A stretch of DNA of 32,000 bases from contig NC_000964.3 of assembly GCF_000009045.1 (NCBI RefSeq), forward strand, positions 360,001-392,000, read 5' to 3'. The notes beneath the pieces were generated by a model. That model saw nothing but the letters and a program-made list of their open reading frames with translations. It ran no database searches and was not told where the DNA came from. The DNA comes from Bacillus subtilis subsp. subtilis str. 168. Its GTDB lineage: Bacteria > Bacillota > Bacilli > Bacillales > Bacillaceae. Positions 1-9,235 of the stretch are shown in pieces (the stretch's first letter is position 1; every line of letters begins with the position of its first letter). The position numbers and the translations under genes were made by a program.

Positions 1-437
1 TTTTGTCTGTAAGCCTACTCGTGCGAACTTCCCTAACAAATACGCCTCTTCATTTGTAATCGAGGCGCTTCCGTATACCGCCATGGCGTCATGTCCGTGT
101 TCAGTTTGGATCATTGTCACTTGGTCTTTGATATGATTCAGTGCTTCTTCCCAGGAAACAGGCATAAACTCGCCGTTTTTCTTCAGCAGCGGCCGGGTGA
201 TGCGGGAGGAGTTCAAGGCATGCTGGTGAGCATTCATGCCCTTGATGCATAGCCGACCCTGTGTCGTAGGATTATCAATCCCGATCGCAGTGTACTTTTT
301 GCGCGTGACGATGGTTTGTTCCACGAGCTGCATTTTGCACTGCATGCTGCAAAACGGGCATTGAGTGTCATATGTTTTTTCTGATTGGACGTCTTGCTGT
401 TTATCACGGAAATATCTAAGCAGTCGTTCAGTCAAAA
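1..437 (-). CDS. nasC: Assimilatory nitrate reductase catalytic subunit, N-terminal part, truncated by the window edge
   Basis: Minus-strand frame open from a TTG at 437-435 to the window edge: LTERLLRYFRDKQQDVQSEKTYDTQCPFCSMQCKMQLVEQ...GRLCIKGMNAHQHAL..., with a CxxCxxxC...C Fe-S motif typical of molybdopterin nitrate reductases. Preceded by an AGGATGAGG ribosome-binding-like sequence and located directly after nasB. Confidence 0.88.
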
Positions 438-441
438 TGCC

Positions 442-2757
442 TCATCCTTTCTTATATGCGCCCGTCTCTACAGTCGGGTTTTGAATCAGTGACAGATCTG
501 TTTGGAGGCTTTCCAGCAGCTGTGCCCTTAGGTCTTCTTCGAATAGCACTTCTCTGATATGAACGATCCCGAGACGGTCTATCCACTGATGAACACCTTC
601 TAAGTAATGAGCCGTTTCCCGATAATACTGGATCAGTCCTTTGATCATGCCGGCAGTGCTGTCTTCGTTCTCAGTCACGCAAAACAAAGCTCCTGAACGG
701 GCATGAGTTCCCCGGACGCCGCCGATGTGAATGTCCCAGCCAGCTTGTGTCCGAATTGCGCCGACATCTTGCAGGGCGGCCTCGGTGCAGTCTGTTTCAC
801 ATGATAAGCTGATAGAAATGGGAGCGGGTAAGGGAAGCATCTCAAGTTGTCTTTCGATTTGGGCTGCCAGCTGCTGAATCGATCGATTTTGCCCGCATGT
901 ACATGCTTTGATGCTTTGCAGCGCGTGTCGGTGTTCATTAGTGTAAACGGGCATTTTCAGGTCTTTTTTCATGTTCGGGAGATCCGCAGGCTTGATCCCG
1001 GAAAGCTTCAGCCTTTGGCCGTGAGTGATGGATACGTCGGGAATGCTGTATGCCTCAATGATGTTGGCGATGGTTCTTAGCTGCTCCGCGTTTGTCCGCC
1101 CGCCGTACATTTGCGGAATCAGGATGCATGTCTCTTCAGTGGCTGGCTCAGGCTGGACAAACCCAGGGTACAGCATTTCCAGATAGTATTGAATCGCAGG
1201 AACACAAGTACTGCATCCGTTTTTTGTTTTCCAGTCAAGCTGGTTCATCACTTCTGCCGGATTAGTGAATGGCCTGCGCTGAAGCTCAGCGATGATGTCG
1301 TCTTCTGTAAAATCAGTACAGCTGCAAAACGAAGGTGTGCTGGCGGGCTTCGTATATTCGCTGTTGGTCATGTATCTCAAAAGGTCTTCAACGAGCGGTT
1401 TGCATCCTCCGCAGGACCCAGTGGCTTTGGTGCAGTGCTTGACTTCCTCAACAGTTGTTAAGCTATTCGTGTGCACCGCGTCTTCAATCGCGCCTTTCGT
1501 CACTGTGTTGCATTGGCAAATCGTTTCACTGGAAGGCATGGATTCAAATAAAGGGCCGCTTGTCTCCGGTTCGATGATCTGTTTTTTGGCAATGGAGATG
1601 TCTCGTTGTTTAAGCAGGCTGTCGAGAAGCCGCTGCTTGTCACGGGTGTCTCCGAATAAAATAACGCCGGCCAGTTTGTCATCTACAAAAAGCGCTTTTT
1701 TATAAACGCCTGCTTGTTCGTCGTAGATTTTGATGCTCGTCGTGCGTTCATCCTCTTGGATCTTTCCTGCTGACCACACATCGATTCCAGCTATTTTTAA
1801 CGCCGCAGATGGTGCTGAGCCTTGATATTCCTCACATGGAACGCCGCAAATATGACTGGCGAGCGCTTTTCCCTGCTCATAAAGCGGAGCCACCAATCCG
1901 TACACCGTTCCGTTATGCTCAGCGCATTCACCAACGGCGTAGATATTCGGTTCGCTTGTCTGCATGAAGTCATTCACGATGATCCCGCGGTTCACTTTGA
2001 TTCCAGCGGATACAGCCAATTCAATATTCGGTTTGACGCCGGCCGCCATCACAATCAAGTCTGCTTTTAATGAAGAGCCATCTTTAAAATGGATTCGGTC
2101 TGCCTTCGTGGCGCCGGAAATGGAGACGGTGTCTTTCTCCAAAAGAAAGGTTAGGCCTTTTTGTTCCAGCTCTGTTTGCAGCAGCCGCGCCGCTGTTTGA
2201 TCGAGCTGTTTTTGCATAATGCCGGCGGAGTGGTGAATGACGCTGACATCCATACCGAGATGCTGTAAACCTACTGCAGCTTCCAGTCCTAATAAGCCGG
2301 CTCCGATTACCGCAGCCTTTTGAAAGTGCTGGGCCATGTTCATCAGCGCTTGGCAGTCTTCTATTGTCCGAAATCCATAGACACCTTTTTTGTCTGCCCC
2401 GGGGATAGGGAGAATATGAGGGGAGGAGCCTGTTGCCACTATTAATTTGTCATACGACAGAGTGCGTTTCCGATCTGTGATGACCTGCTGCTGATCTGTA
2501 TCAATCTGAATAACCGTTTCGCCTGTGTAAAGCGTGATCCCGTGCTTGTCGTACCAATCCTTGCTGTTCAGTGTAATATCATCGAGTGACGCTTCACCCT
2601 GCAATACAGAGGATAAGAGAATGCGATTGTAATTGGGATGCGGCTCGCTTCCGAAAATGACAATCTCAAACATGTGGCGATTCAGCTTTAATACTTCTTC
2701 AATACAGCGGATTCCGGCCATGCCGTTTCCCGCTAACACTAATCTTTGTTTCTTCAT
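442..2757 (-). CDS. nasB: Assimilatory nitrate reductase electron-transfer subunit (FAD/NAD(P)H pyridine nucleotide-disulfide oxidoreductase with BFD-like [2Fe-2S] domains)
   Basis: 771-aa ORF; N-terminal nucleotide-binding motif VLAGNGMAG and AAVIGAGLLGLEAA; two Cys-rich BFD-like segments (CQCNTVTKGAIEDAV...CGGCKPLV and CSCTDFTEDDI...CSTCVPAIQYYLEML); next to nasC and divergent from nasA. Confidence 0.93.
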   Translation of the reverse strand: MKKQRLVLAGNGMAGIRCIEEVLKLNRHMFEIVIFGSEPHPNYNRILLSSVLQGEASLDDITLNSKDWYDKHGITLYTGETVIQIDTDQQQVITDRKRTLSYDKLIVATGSSPHILPIPGADKKGVYGFRTIEDCQALMNMAQHFQKAAVIGAGLLGLEAAVGLQHLGMDVSVIHHSAGIMQKQLDQTAARLLQTELEQKGLTFLLEKDTVSISGATKADRIHFKDGSSLKADLIVMAAGVKPNIELAVSAGIKVNRGIIVNDFMQTSEPNIYAVGECAEHNGTVYGLVAPLYEQGKALASHICGVPCEEYQGSAPSAALKIAGIDVWSAGKIQEDERTTSIKIYDEQAGVYKKALFVDDKLAGVILFGDTRDKQRLLDSLLKQRDISIAKKQIIEPETSGPLFESMPSSETICQCNTVTKGAIEDAVHTNSLTTVEEVKHCTKATGSCGGCKPLVEDLLRYMTNSEYTKPASTPSFCSCTDFTEDDIIAELQRRPFTNPAEVMNQLDWKTKNGCSTCVPAIQYYLEMLYPGFVQPEPATEETCILIPQMYGGRTNAEQLRTIANIIEAYSIPDVSITHGQRLKLSGIKPADLPNMKKDLKMPVYTNEHRHALQSIKACTCGQNRSIQQLAAQIERQLEMLPLPAPISISLSCETDCTEAALQDVGAIRTQAGWDIHIGGVRGTHARSGALFCVTENEDSTAGMIKGLIQYYRETAHYLEGVHQWIDRLGIVHIREVLFEEDLRAQLLESLQTDLSLIQNPTVETGAYKKG

Positions 2758-2838
2758 GTATCAGACCTCCTTTGGCGAAGCTCGTAAGTTTTCTCCTATT
2801 AAAAATTATGTCACAATGCATTGTTAACGCATTAAACG

Positions 2839-2855
2839 TGTCACAAAAACTTACA
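2839..2855. promoter_or_regulatory. TnrA-like binding site shared by divergent nasA and nasB
   Basis: TGTCACAAAAACTTACA fits TGTNAN7TNACA exactly and lies in the nasB/nasA intergenic region. Confidence 0.8.
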
Positions 2856-2936
2856 CATGTCTTTTCCAGAAAATAATGGTCCTATATCCTTGATTCAGAA
2901 AATGTAAAATAATGAGGGTCTAGAAAGGGGAATCTT

Positions 2937-4142
2937 ATGAAGCTGTCGGAACTGAAAACTAGCGGTCATCCACTCACTTTGCTCTGTTCCTTTTTATACT
3001 TTGATGTCAGTTTTATGATATGGGTTATGCTTGGGGCGCTGGGTGTTTATATTTCTCAGGATTTTGGCCTGTCTCCTTTTGAGAAAGGGCTTGTCGTAGC
3101 TGTGCCGATTTTATCTGGATCTGTGTTTCGTATCATTCTTGGTATTTTAACGGACAGAATCGGACCGAAAAAAACGGCAGTGATCGGGATGCTGGTGACG
3201 ATGATTCCGCTGCTTTGGGGGACATTCGGCGGCCGTTCCCTGACTGAGCTGTATGCCATCGGGATTCTGCTTGGCGTGGCGGGAGCAAGCTTTGCTGTAG
3301 CGCTGCCTATGGCCAGCCGCTGGTATCCGCCTCATTTGCAGGGACTTGCGATGGGGATTGCCGGAGCGGGGAACAGCGGCACGTTGTTTGCAACCCTGTT
3401 TGGCCCTCGTCTGGCAGAGCAGTTCGGCTGGCACATTGTCATGGGAATTGCGCTAATTCCATTATTGATCGTCTTTATTCTTTTTGTATCCATGGCAAAG
3501 GATTCCCCTGCACAGCCGTCTCCCCAGCCGCTCAAAAGCTATCTGCATGTGTTTGGGCAAAAGGAAACATGGTTTTTCTGCCTGCTGTACAGCGTCACAT
3601 TTGGCGGATTTGTCGGGCTCTCAAGCTTTTTATCTATTTTCTTTGTTGATCAATACCAGCTGTCAAAAATTCACGCAGGGGACTTCGTTACATTATGTGT
3701 GGCGGCGGGGAGCTTTTTCCGGCCTGTCGGGGGCTTGATTTCAGATCGTGTCGGCGGCACGAAAGTTCTTTCTGTATTGTTTGTCATCGTGGCACTGTGT
3801 ATGGCCGGAGTCAGTAGCCTGCCATCTCTCTCAATGGTTATTGTTCTATTGTTTGTCGGAATGATGGGGCTCGGAATGGGAAACGGCGCAGTATTCCAGC
3901 TCGTGCCGCAGCGCTTCCGCAAAGAAATCGGCATGGTGACGGGAATCGTCGGTGCGGCCGGAGGAATCGGAGGGTTTTTCTTGCCGAACATCTTAGGATC
4001 TCTCAAACAGATGACAGGCACATATGCTATCGGTTTTATCACGTTTTCCTGTATCGCGCTGCTGGCGTTTGCACTTGTGCTTGCCGCAGGCTATTACTGG
4101 CGGAAAAGCTGGAGCGCGGAAAGCAGCCCGGCGGATGTTTAG
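2937..4142 (+). CDS. nasA: Nitrate transporter, major facilitator superfamily
   Basis: 401-aa polytopic membrane protein with MFS/NNP-type signatures ([42 protein letters not shown]); divergent from nasB. Confidence 0.93.
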
Positions 4143-4152
4143 GATTTTGACG

Positions 4153-4178
4153 GACACGCGTTTGTGCGTGTCTTTTTT
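4153..4178 (+). terminator. Intrinsic terminator of nasA
   Basis: GACACGC-gtttgt-GCGTGTC stem-loop followed by TTTTTT. Confidence 0.8.
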
Positions 4179-4215
4179 ATTTTCTCTTGATTTTCAACAG
4201 TGAACCGATCAAAAT

Positions 4216-4236
4216 AAATAGTAATTATTACGATTT
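4216..4236. promoter_or_regulatory. Zur-box-like operator upstream of folE2
   Basis: AAATAGTAATTATTACGATTT, an imperfect palindrome close to the B. subtilis Zur consensus AAATCGTAATNATTACGATTT; 23 bp upstream of the folE2 start. Confidence 0.85.
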
Positions 4237-4258
4237 GTTAGTGAGAGGAGTTTTCTGA

Positions 4259-5173
4259 ATGAATCAACATACGCTGCTCCCGAAAAAAACGGAGCGTCTT
4301 CAATACTTTGGATCGGTCAGTCCGATCAAAGGCGAGAAACCAGTGGAAAAAGAGAAAATGAAGGACCTGCAAAATATCAGGAAGGATTATTTTTTTGACA
4401 TTCAGCATGTAGGTGTAGCTAATGTGTCCCATCCAGTCACAATCACTTCTGCCATGATGCCTGCCGAGCAAACAACGGCTGCGAACTTTACAATGACTTG
4501 TAATTTGCCGAGAAATCAGAAGGGGATTAACATGAGCCGGTTAACAGAGCTGCTGCAAGTCTATCATCAAAATGGCTGGATTCTCTCATTTTCCTCTCTT
4601 CAGCAATTTACGAAAGAGCTTGCAGAAAACATGGACACATCATCTGCCACAGTTGAAGTGAGGTTTCCGTGGTTTTTCGAACGGAAAAGCCCGAAGCTTG
4701 AGAAAGCGGGTTTGATGCATGCTGATATATTCATGTCTGTCACCTATCGCAAAGATCAGCCGTTTAAACAGCGTGCCGGCATCTCAGCAAAAGTAACGAC
4801 TCTGTGCCCTTGCTCCAAGGAAATCAGCGAATACAGTGCCCATAATCAGAGGGGAACGGTCAGCATTTGGGCGGATATTCACCCGGCCGCATCGCTGCCA
4901 AGTGATGTTAAAGCTGATTTGCTTCACGCCGCAGAATCAAATGCTTCTGCGAGACTGCATCCGGTATTGAAGCGGCCTGATGAAAAAGCCGTGACAGAAA
5001 CGGCCTATGAAAACCCGAGATTTGTTGAGGATCTCGCCCGGCTGATTGCTGCAGATTTGTTTGAGCTTGAATGGGTGTCAGCCTTTGAGATTGAATGCCG
5101 AAATGAAGAATCGATCCATCTTCACGATGCCTATGCGAAGCTGTGTTTTTCGAAGGAAGTGGATAAAATATGA
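4259..5173 (+). CDS. folE2: GTP cyclohydrolase IB (FolE2 type, Zn-independent)
   Basis: 304-aa ORF with FolE2-type features (VGVANVSHPVTI near the N-terminus, TTLCPCSKEISEYSAHNQRG); preceded by a Zur-like box. Also named folEB/yciA. Confidence 0.93.
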   Translation: MNQHTLLPKKTERLQYFGSVSPIKGEKPVEKEKMKDLQNIRKDYFFDIQHVGVANVSHPVTITSAMMPAEQTTAANFTMTCNLPRNQKGINMSRLTELLQVYHQNGWILSFSSLQQFTKELAENMDTSSATVEVRFPWFFERKSPKLEKAGLMHADIFMSVTYRKDQPFKQRAGISAKVTTLCPCSKEISEYSAHNQRGTVSIWADIHPAASLPSDVKADLLHAAESNASARLHPVLKRPDEKAVTETAYENPRFVEDLARLIAADLFELEWVSAFEIECRNEESIHLHDAYAKLCFSKEVDKI

Positions 5174-5754
5174 AACTCTCATTATTCATTATTGCAGTTC
5201 TTATGCCAGTCATCCTGCTGTCAGCCTGCTCCGATCATGCAGAAGAACACGCAAGTATCAATACAAAGAAAACGGTCGAAAACATAACGGACGTTCGAAA
5301 AACAGCAAAAACAAGCATTGATTGGACAAAGCCTTCGGGCGGAGAATACCCGGATATTAAACAGAAGCATGTCTGGATTGATGTGAATGTGAAGGAGCAG
5401 AAGGCTTACATCAAGGAAGGAAGCAACACCATCTATACAATGATGATTTCTTCTGGTCTTGATCAAACAAAAGATGATGCTACGCCAAAGGGCACCTTTT
5501 ATGTAGAGCCTGAACGGGGAGAATGGTTTTTCTCCGAAGGATACCAGGAAGGCGCAGAATACTGGGTATCATGGAAAAATCACGGTGAATTTTTATTTCA
5601 TAGTGTGCCAATGACTAAGGATCAAAAAGTCATCAAAACGGAAGCAGAAAAACTAGGAACGAAAGCATCTCACGGATGTATCAGGCTGACCATTCCAGAT
5701 GCGAAATGGGTATATGAAAATATCCCTGAACATACAAAAGTGGTGATCAGCTGA
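5170..5754 (+). CDS. yciB: Putative L,D-transpeptidase (YkuD-type) lipoprotein
   Basis: Lipobox-like signal (LLSACSD), YkuD catalytic motif SHGCIRLTIPDAKWVYENIP; 4-bp overlap with folE2. Confidence 0.88.
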   Translation: MKLSLFIIAVLMPVILLSACSDHAEEHASINTKKTVENITDVRKTAKTSIDWTKPSGGEYPDIKQKHVWIDVNVKEQKAYIKEGSNTIYTMMISSGLDQTKDDATPKGTFYVEPERGEWFFSEGYQEGAEYWVSWKNHGEFLFHSVPMTKDQKVIKTEAEKLGTKASHGCIRLTIPDAKWVYENIPEHTKVVIS

Positions 5755-5765
5755 ATTGAAAACCG

Positions 5766-5794
5766 TTGACAAAAAGGAAAAAAGACCATACAAT
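5766..5794 (+). promoter_or_regulatory. Sigma-A-like promoter upstream of the distal Zur box of zagA
   Basis: TTGACA (5766-5771), 17-bp spacer, TACAAT (5789-5794), immediately followed by the Zur-like box. Confidence 0.65.
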
Positions 5795-5796
5795 TT

Positions 5797-5817
5797 AAAT
5801 CGTAACAATTACGTTTT
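5797..5817. promoter_or_regulatory. Distal Zur-box-like operator of zagA
   Basis: AAATCGTAACAATTACGTTTT, imperfect palindrome close to the Zur consensus. Confidence 0.85.
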
Positions 5818-6026
5818 ATGATAAATGGCTTATCATTGTCTGTGCATCTGTGAAAAGCGGAAAGGCATCGATTAAGGATCTTGCTGTCGGCAAAGGCAAG
5901 GATTTGCGATGGGGAAAAGGATTAAACGCGGTTGGAGTCTTTACTGATTTAGAAATCGGGCGGCAGCGAGAAATGAGCGCGAAAAGCTGCTCTACACCAT
6001 TGTACATACGGCGAAGTATTCAATTT

Positions 6027-6047
6027 AAATCGTAATCATTCTATTTT
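6027..6047. promoter_or_regulatory. Proximal Zur-box-like operator of zagA
   Basis: AAATCGTAATCATTCTATTTT, one strong half-site and one degenerate half-site, directly upstream of zagA. The flank CAATTTAAATCGTAA is shared with the distal box. Confidence 0.8.
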
Positions 6048-6062
6048 AATGGAGGCACTATT

Positions 6063-7256
6063 ATGAAAAAAATTCCGGTTACCGTACTGAGCGGTTATCT
6101 CGGTGCGGGAAAAACAACATTGCTGAACAGCATTTTGCAAAATCGCGAAGGCTTGAAAATAGCGGTTATCGTAAACGATATGAGCGAGGTGAACATTGAC
6201 GCGGGCTTGGTTAAGCAGGAAGGTGGCCTTTCCAGAACAGATGAAAAGCTTGTGGAAATGTCAAATGGCTGCATTTGCTGCACGCTTCGCGAAGACTTAT
6301 TAATTGAAGTTGAGAAGCTGGCAAAAGACGGACGGTTTGATTATATCGTCATCGAATCGACAGGAATCAGCGAACCGATCCCGGTGGCCCAGACTTTCTC
6401 TTATATCGATGAAGAGATGGGAATCGATCTTACAAAATTCTGTCAGCTGGATACGATGGTGACGGTTGTTGATGCCAACCGTTTTTGGCATGATTATCAG
6501 TCAGGCGAAAGCCTTCTGGACCGCAAAGAAGCATTGGGGGAAAAGGATGAAAGAGAAATCGCCGACCTCTTGATCGATCAAATTGAGTTTTGCGATGTAC
6601 TGATCTTAAATAAATGTGATTTGGTCAGCGAGCAAGAGCTCGAACAGCTTGAAAACGTTCTTCGTAAACTGCAGCCAAGAGCCAGGTTCATTCGTTCCGT
6701 CAAAGGAAATGTAAAACCGCAGGAGATTTTGCATACAGGGTTATTTAACTTCGAGGAAGCGAGCGGATCGGCCGGCTGGATTCAAGAGCTGACGGCAGGC
6801 CATGCGGAACACACCCCGGAAACAGAAGAATACGGTATCTCTTCATTTGTATATAAGAGACGTTTGCCGTTTCATTCTACACGATTTTACCGTTGGTTGG
6901 ATCAAATGCCAAAGAACGTGGTACGTGCCAAAGGAATCGTCTGGTGCGCATCTCATAACAACCTCGCTTTGCTGATGTCGCAAGCAGGTCCGTCGGTTAC
7001 GATTGAGCCTGTATCTTATTGGGTGGCGGCGTTGCCGAAGCTTGAGCAGGAGCAAGTCAAACAGCAGGAGCCGGAAATCCTGGAGGAGTGGGACCCGGAG
7101 TTCGGCGACCGCCTAACGCAGCTAGTTTTTATCGGAACTGACCTGGATGAAGAAACGATCACGAAAGAGCTTGATCAATGCCTGTTGACTGAGTATGAAT
7201 TTGATTCCGACTGGTCGCTGTTTGAGGACCCGTTTAAATGGAAGCTGAATCAATAG
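6063..7256 (+). CDS. zagA: COG0523-family P-loop GTPase, putative zinc metallochaperone
   Basis: Walker A GYLGAGKTTLLN, metal-binding motif GCICCTLREDLL, 397 aa, under Zur-like boxes. Also named yciC. Confidence 0.93.
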   Translation: MKKIPVTVLSGYLGAGKTTLLNSILQNREGLKIAVIVNDMSEVNIDAGLVKQEGGLSRTDEKLVEMSNGCICCTLREDLLIEVEKLAKDGRFDYIVIESTGISEPIPVAQTFSYIDEEMGIDLTKFCQLDTMVTVVDANRFWHDYQSGESLLDRKEALGEKDEREIADLLIDQIEFCDVLILNKCDLVSEQELEQLENVLRKLQPRARFIRSVKGNVKPQEILHTGLFNFEEASGSAGWIQELTAGHAEHTPETEEYGISSFVYKRRLPFHSTRFYRWLDQMPKNVVRAKGIVWCASHNNLALLMSQAGPSVTIEPVSYWVAALPKLEQEQVKQQEPEILEEWDPEFGDRLTQLVFIGTDLDEETITKELDQCLLTEYEFDSDWSLFEDPFKWKLNQ

Positions 7257-7290
7257 AAAAAAAGCCGTCCCATGGGGAACGGCTTTTTTT
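7257..7290. terminator. Terminator, probably bidirectional, between convergent zagA and yckA
   Basis: AAAAAAAGCCGT-TCCCATGGGGA-ACGGCTTTTTTT: G/C stem flanked by an A-run and a T-run. Confidence 0.85.
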
Positions 7291-7304
7291 AATGAAACGT
7301 TTGT

Positions 7305-7985
7305 TTAAACATAATGAGCGTATTTTTTCTCAAGGATATTCTGAAAGACCGCGGCAATGGAGCAGATGGCCCAATAAATGAGAGCGGTCAGAATATACAT
7401 GGTCATATAATCAAACTCTCTGCCCCCGATGATTTTCGCATGCTGGAGCAATTCCGGCACTGTAATCATCGCAGCGAGAGAGGACGCCTTGATCAAGTCG
7501 AGCAATACATTGGCAAGCGGAGGCAGCGCAATACGTATCGATTGCGGCAAAATGATGCCCCTCATCGTCTGCCAATAGGAAAGACCCAGCGAGGATGCGG
7601 CTTCCCACTGTCCTTTTTCGACGGATGAAATGGCTGAACGGTTAATTTCCGCAATGTAGGCGGCGCTGTTTAGGCTAAAGCCGATTAAAGCAGCCGTGAC
7701 AGCGGAAAATTCAATGCCGATATAAGGAAACCCGAAATAAAGGATAAACAAAATCACCAAAATCGGAACGCCTCGCATAAATGAGATATAGAGCTTCGCC
7801 GGCCATCTTAACAAAGCAAGTTTAGACATTCTGGCGAGTGATATGAACAGGCCGATCACAGTTCCCGCAAACATGCTTACAAAAGAGATGAGCAGTGTAT
7901 AACCAATGCCTTTTATGACATAAGGGAACGATTCAATGGCCAGCTTCGTGTTGAAAATATATTCCCACTGAATGCTATTGATCAT
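7305..7985 (-). CDS. yckA: Polar amino acid type ABC transporter permease
   Basis: 226-aa membrane protein with HisM/GlnP-like features and an EAA-type loop (EAASSLGLSYWQTMRGIILPQSIRIALPPLAN). Confidence 0.87.
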   Translation of the reverse strand: MINSIQWEYIFNTKLAIESFPYVIKGIGYTLLISFVSMFAGTVIGLFISLARMSKLALLRWPAKLYISFMRGVPILVILFILYFGFPYIGIEFSAVTAALIGFSLNSAAYIAEINRSAISSVEKGQWEAASSLGLSYWQTMRGIILPQSIRIALPPLANVLLDLIKASSLAAMITVPELLQHAKIIGGREFDYMTMYILTALIYWAICSIAAVFQNILEKKYAHYV

Positions 7986-7994
7986 GGCGTCCGA

Positions 7995-8858
7995 TTACAA
8001 ATCAACGTCCTGAACGTCGGCATCAATTTTTTTTGATACATCTGCTTTATTGAAGAATTGTTTCGACAGTTTAGTCAAAGAGCCATCCTTGCTCATCTCT
8101 TTCAATGCTTCGTTCATCTTTTTCTGAAGTGCCGCATTGCTTTTTTTCATGACAAGGGCCTGTTTGTTCGGCATGTACTTGATGTCAGGATGAATTGTAA
8201 TGTTGAGATCCGGGAATGCCGCGAGCGCAAGTGTCTGCAGGTAATAGTCGTTTAAAATGACGTCAGTGCGTCCGTTGGCAACATCTTTTAAATATTGCTC
8301 ATTCGTCGCATTATCATAAATCACTTCTTTGGCGCCGTATTTTCTCGCGACCTCCATGTAGACGGTTGTAGCCGCGCCAGCCGCTTTCTTCCCTTTTAAA
8401 TCCTTGAGCGTTTTAATCCCTGATAAATCGTCTTTTCGGACAATTGCCGTGCCGTATGAATATTTATATGGAGTGGAAAATGCGAACTTCTCCTCACGGT
8501 CCTTCGTCACATCGATGTCATTCGCGGCTGCGTCAACCTGTCCGCTGTTCACCGCTGTCAGCATCCCGTCAATGCCCATCTCCTTGAACTCAACCTTCAG
8601 CCCCAAGCGTTTTGCCGCTTCACGAACAACTTCAACCTCGTAGCCCGTCAGCTTATCAGAGCCAGAGTCAGTATCGTGATAAGAAGTGGGATAGAGCGTA
8701 CCTGATGTAGCGACTACGATTTTCCCTTTATCCTTAATCTGCTCCCAGCCTGTATCCTTGGAATCGGCTTCATTTTTGCCGGAACAGGCTGCCAATATAA
8801 GAAAGAAAGCCATTGTGAAACTGAATATAACGGCTTTGGAATGCATGAATGATTTCAC
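7995..8858 (-). CDS. yckB: ABC transporter extracellular amino-acid-binding lipoprotein
   Basis: 287 aa, lipobox LAACSG, solute-binding family 3 motifs (LTGYEVEVVREAAKRLGLKVEF, VDAAANDIDVTKDREEKFAFSTPY). Confidence 0.88.
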   Translation of the reverse strand: MKSFMHSKAVIFSFTMAFFLILAACSGKNEADSKDTGWEQIKDKGKIVVATSGTLYPTSYHDTDSGSDKLTGYEVEVVREAAKRLGLKVEFKEMGIDGMLTAVNSGQVDAAANDIDVTKDREEKFAFSTPYKYSYGTAIVRKDDLSGIKTLKDLKGKKAAGAATTVYMEVARKYGAKEVIYDNATNEQYLKDVANGRTDVILNDYYLQTLALAAFPDLNITIHPDIKYMPNKQALVMKKSNAALQKKMNEALKEMSKDGSLTKLSKQFFNKADVSKKIDADVQDVDL

Positions 8859-9047
8859 CTATAGTTCCCCCAATCTGTTAATCAACTAAAAAGATAGCAT
8901 TGAACATAAGGGGTTGCAATATGTTGATCGCGTTTTCAAAAAGTTCGAATTGTGTATACAAAAAGCATGGGTGGGTGTTTAAAAGCGTCTATGAAGGGAA
9001 GAGGTGATGAAAAAAGGAATTGTCCAAGGATGAATGCCAGACGTACC

Positions 9048-9217
9048 AAGGAAACGCATGTGAAAGTGAAGGATGCAGCAGACCCGTCACTCATCTATGC
9101 CAATACCGGAAGAAATGGTCAAGAGGCATGAAACCGATCTTCAGAATAAATTTAAGTCTTGCTGATGCCCCTAAGGCATATGATATATTCGATGAGAAAG
9201 AAAATGGAAACATTTAA
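9048..9217 (+). pseudogene. Degenerate fragment resembling the C-terminus of a zinc-dependent alcohol/formaldehyde dehydrogenase
   Basis: Frame 1 (from 9048): KETHVKVKDAADPSLI. Another frame (about 9130-9217): KPIFRINLSLADAPKAYDIFDEKENGNI*. Both resemble the C-terminal pattern 'QTHVxxY...DPSxIITHxxPLxEAPKAYDIFxxKEDxCxKVVL', but in different frames. Confidence 0.5.
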
Positions 9218-9235
9218 ACCATAATGGGGAGTCAA

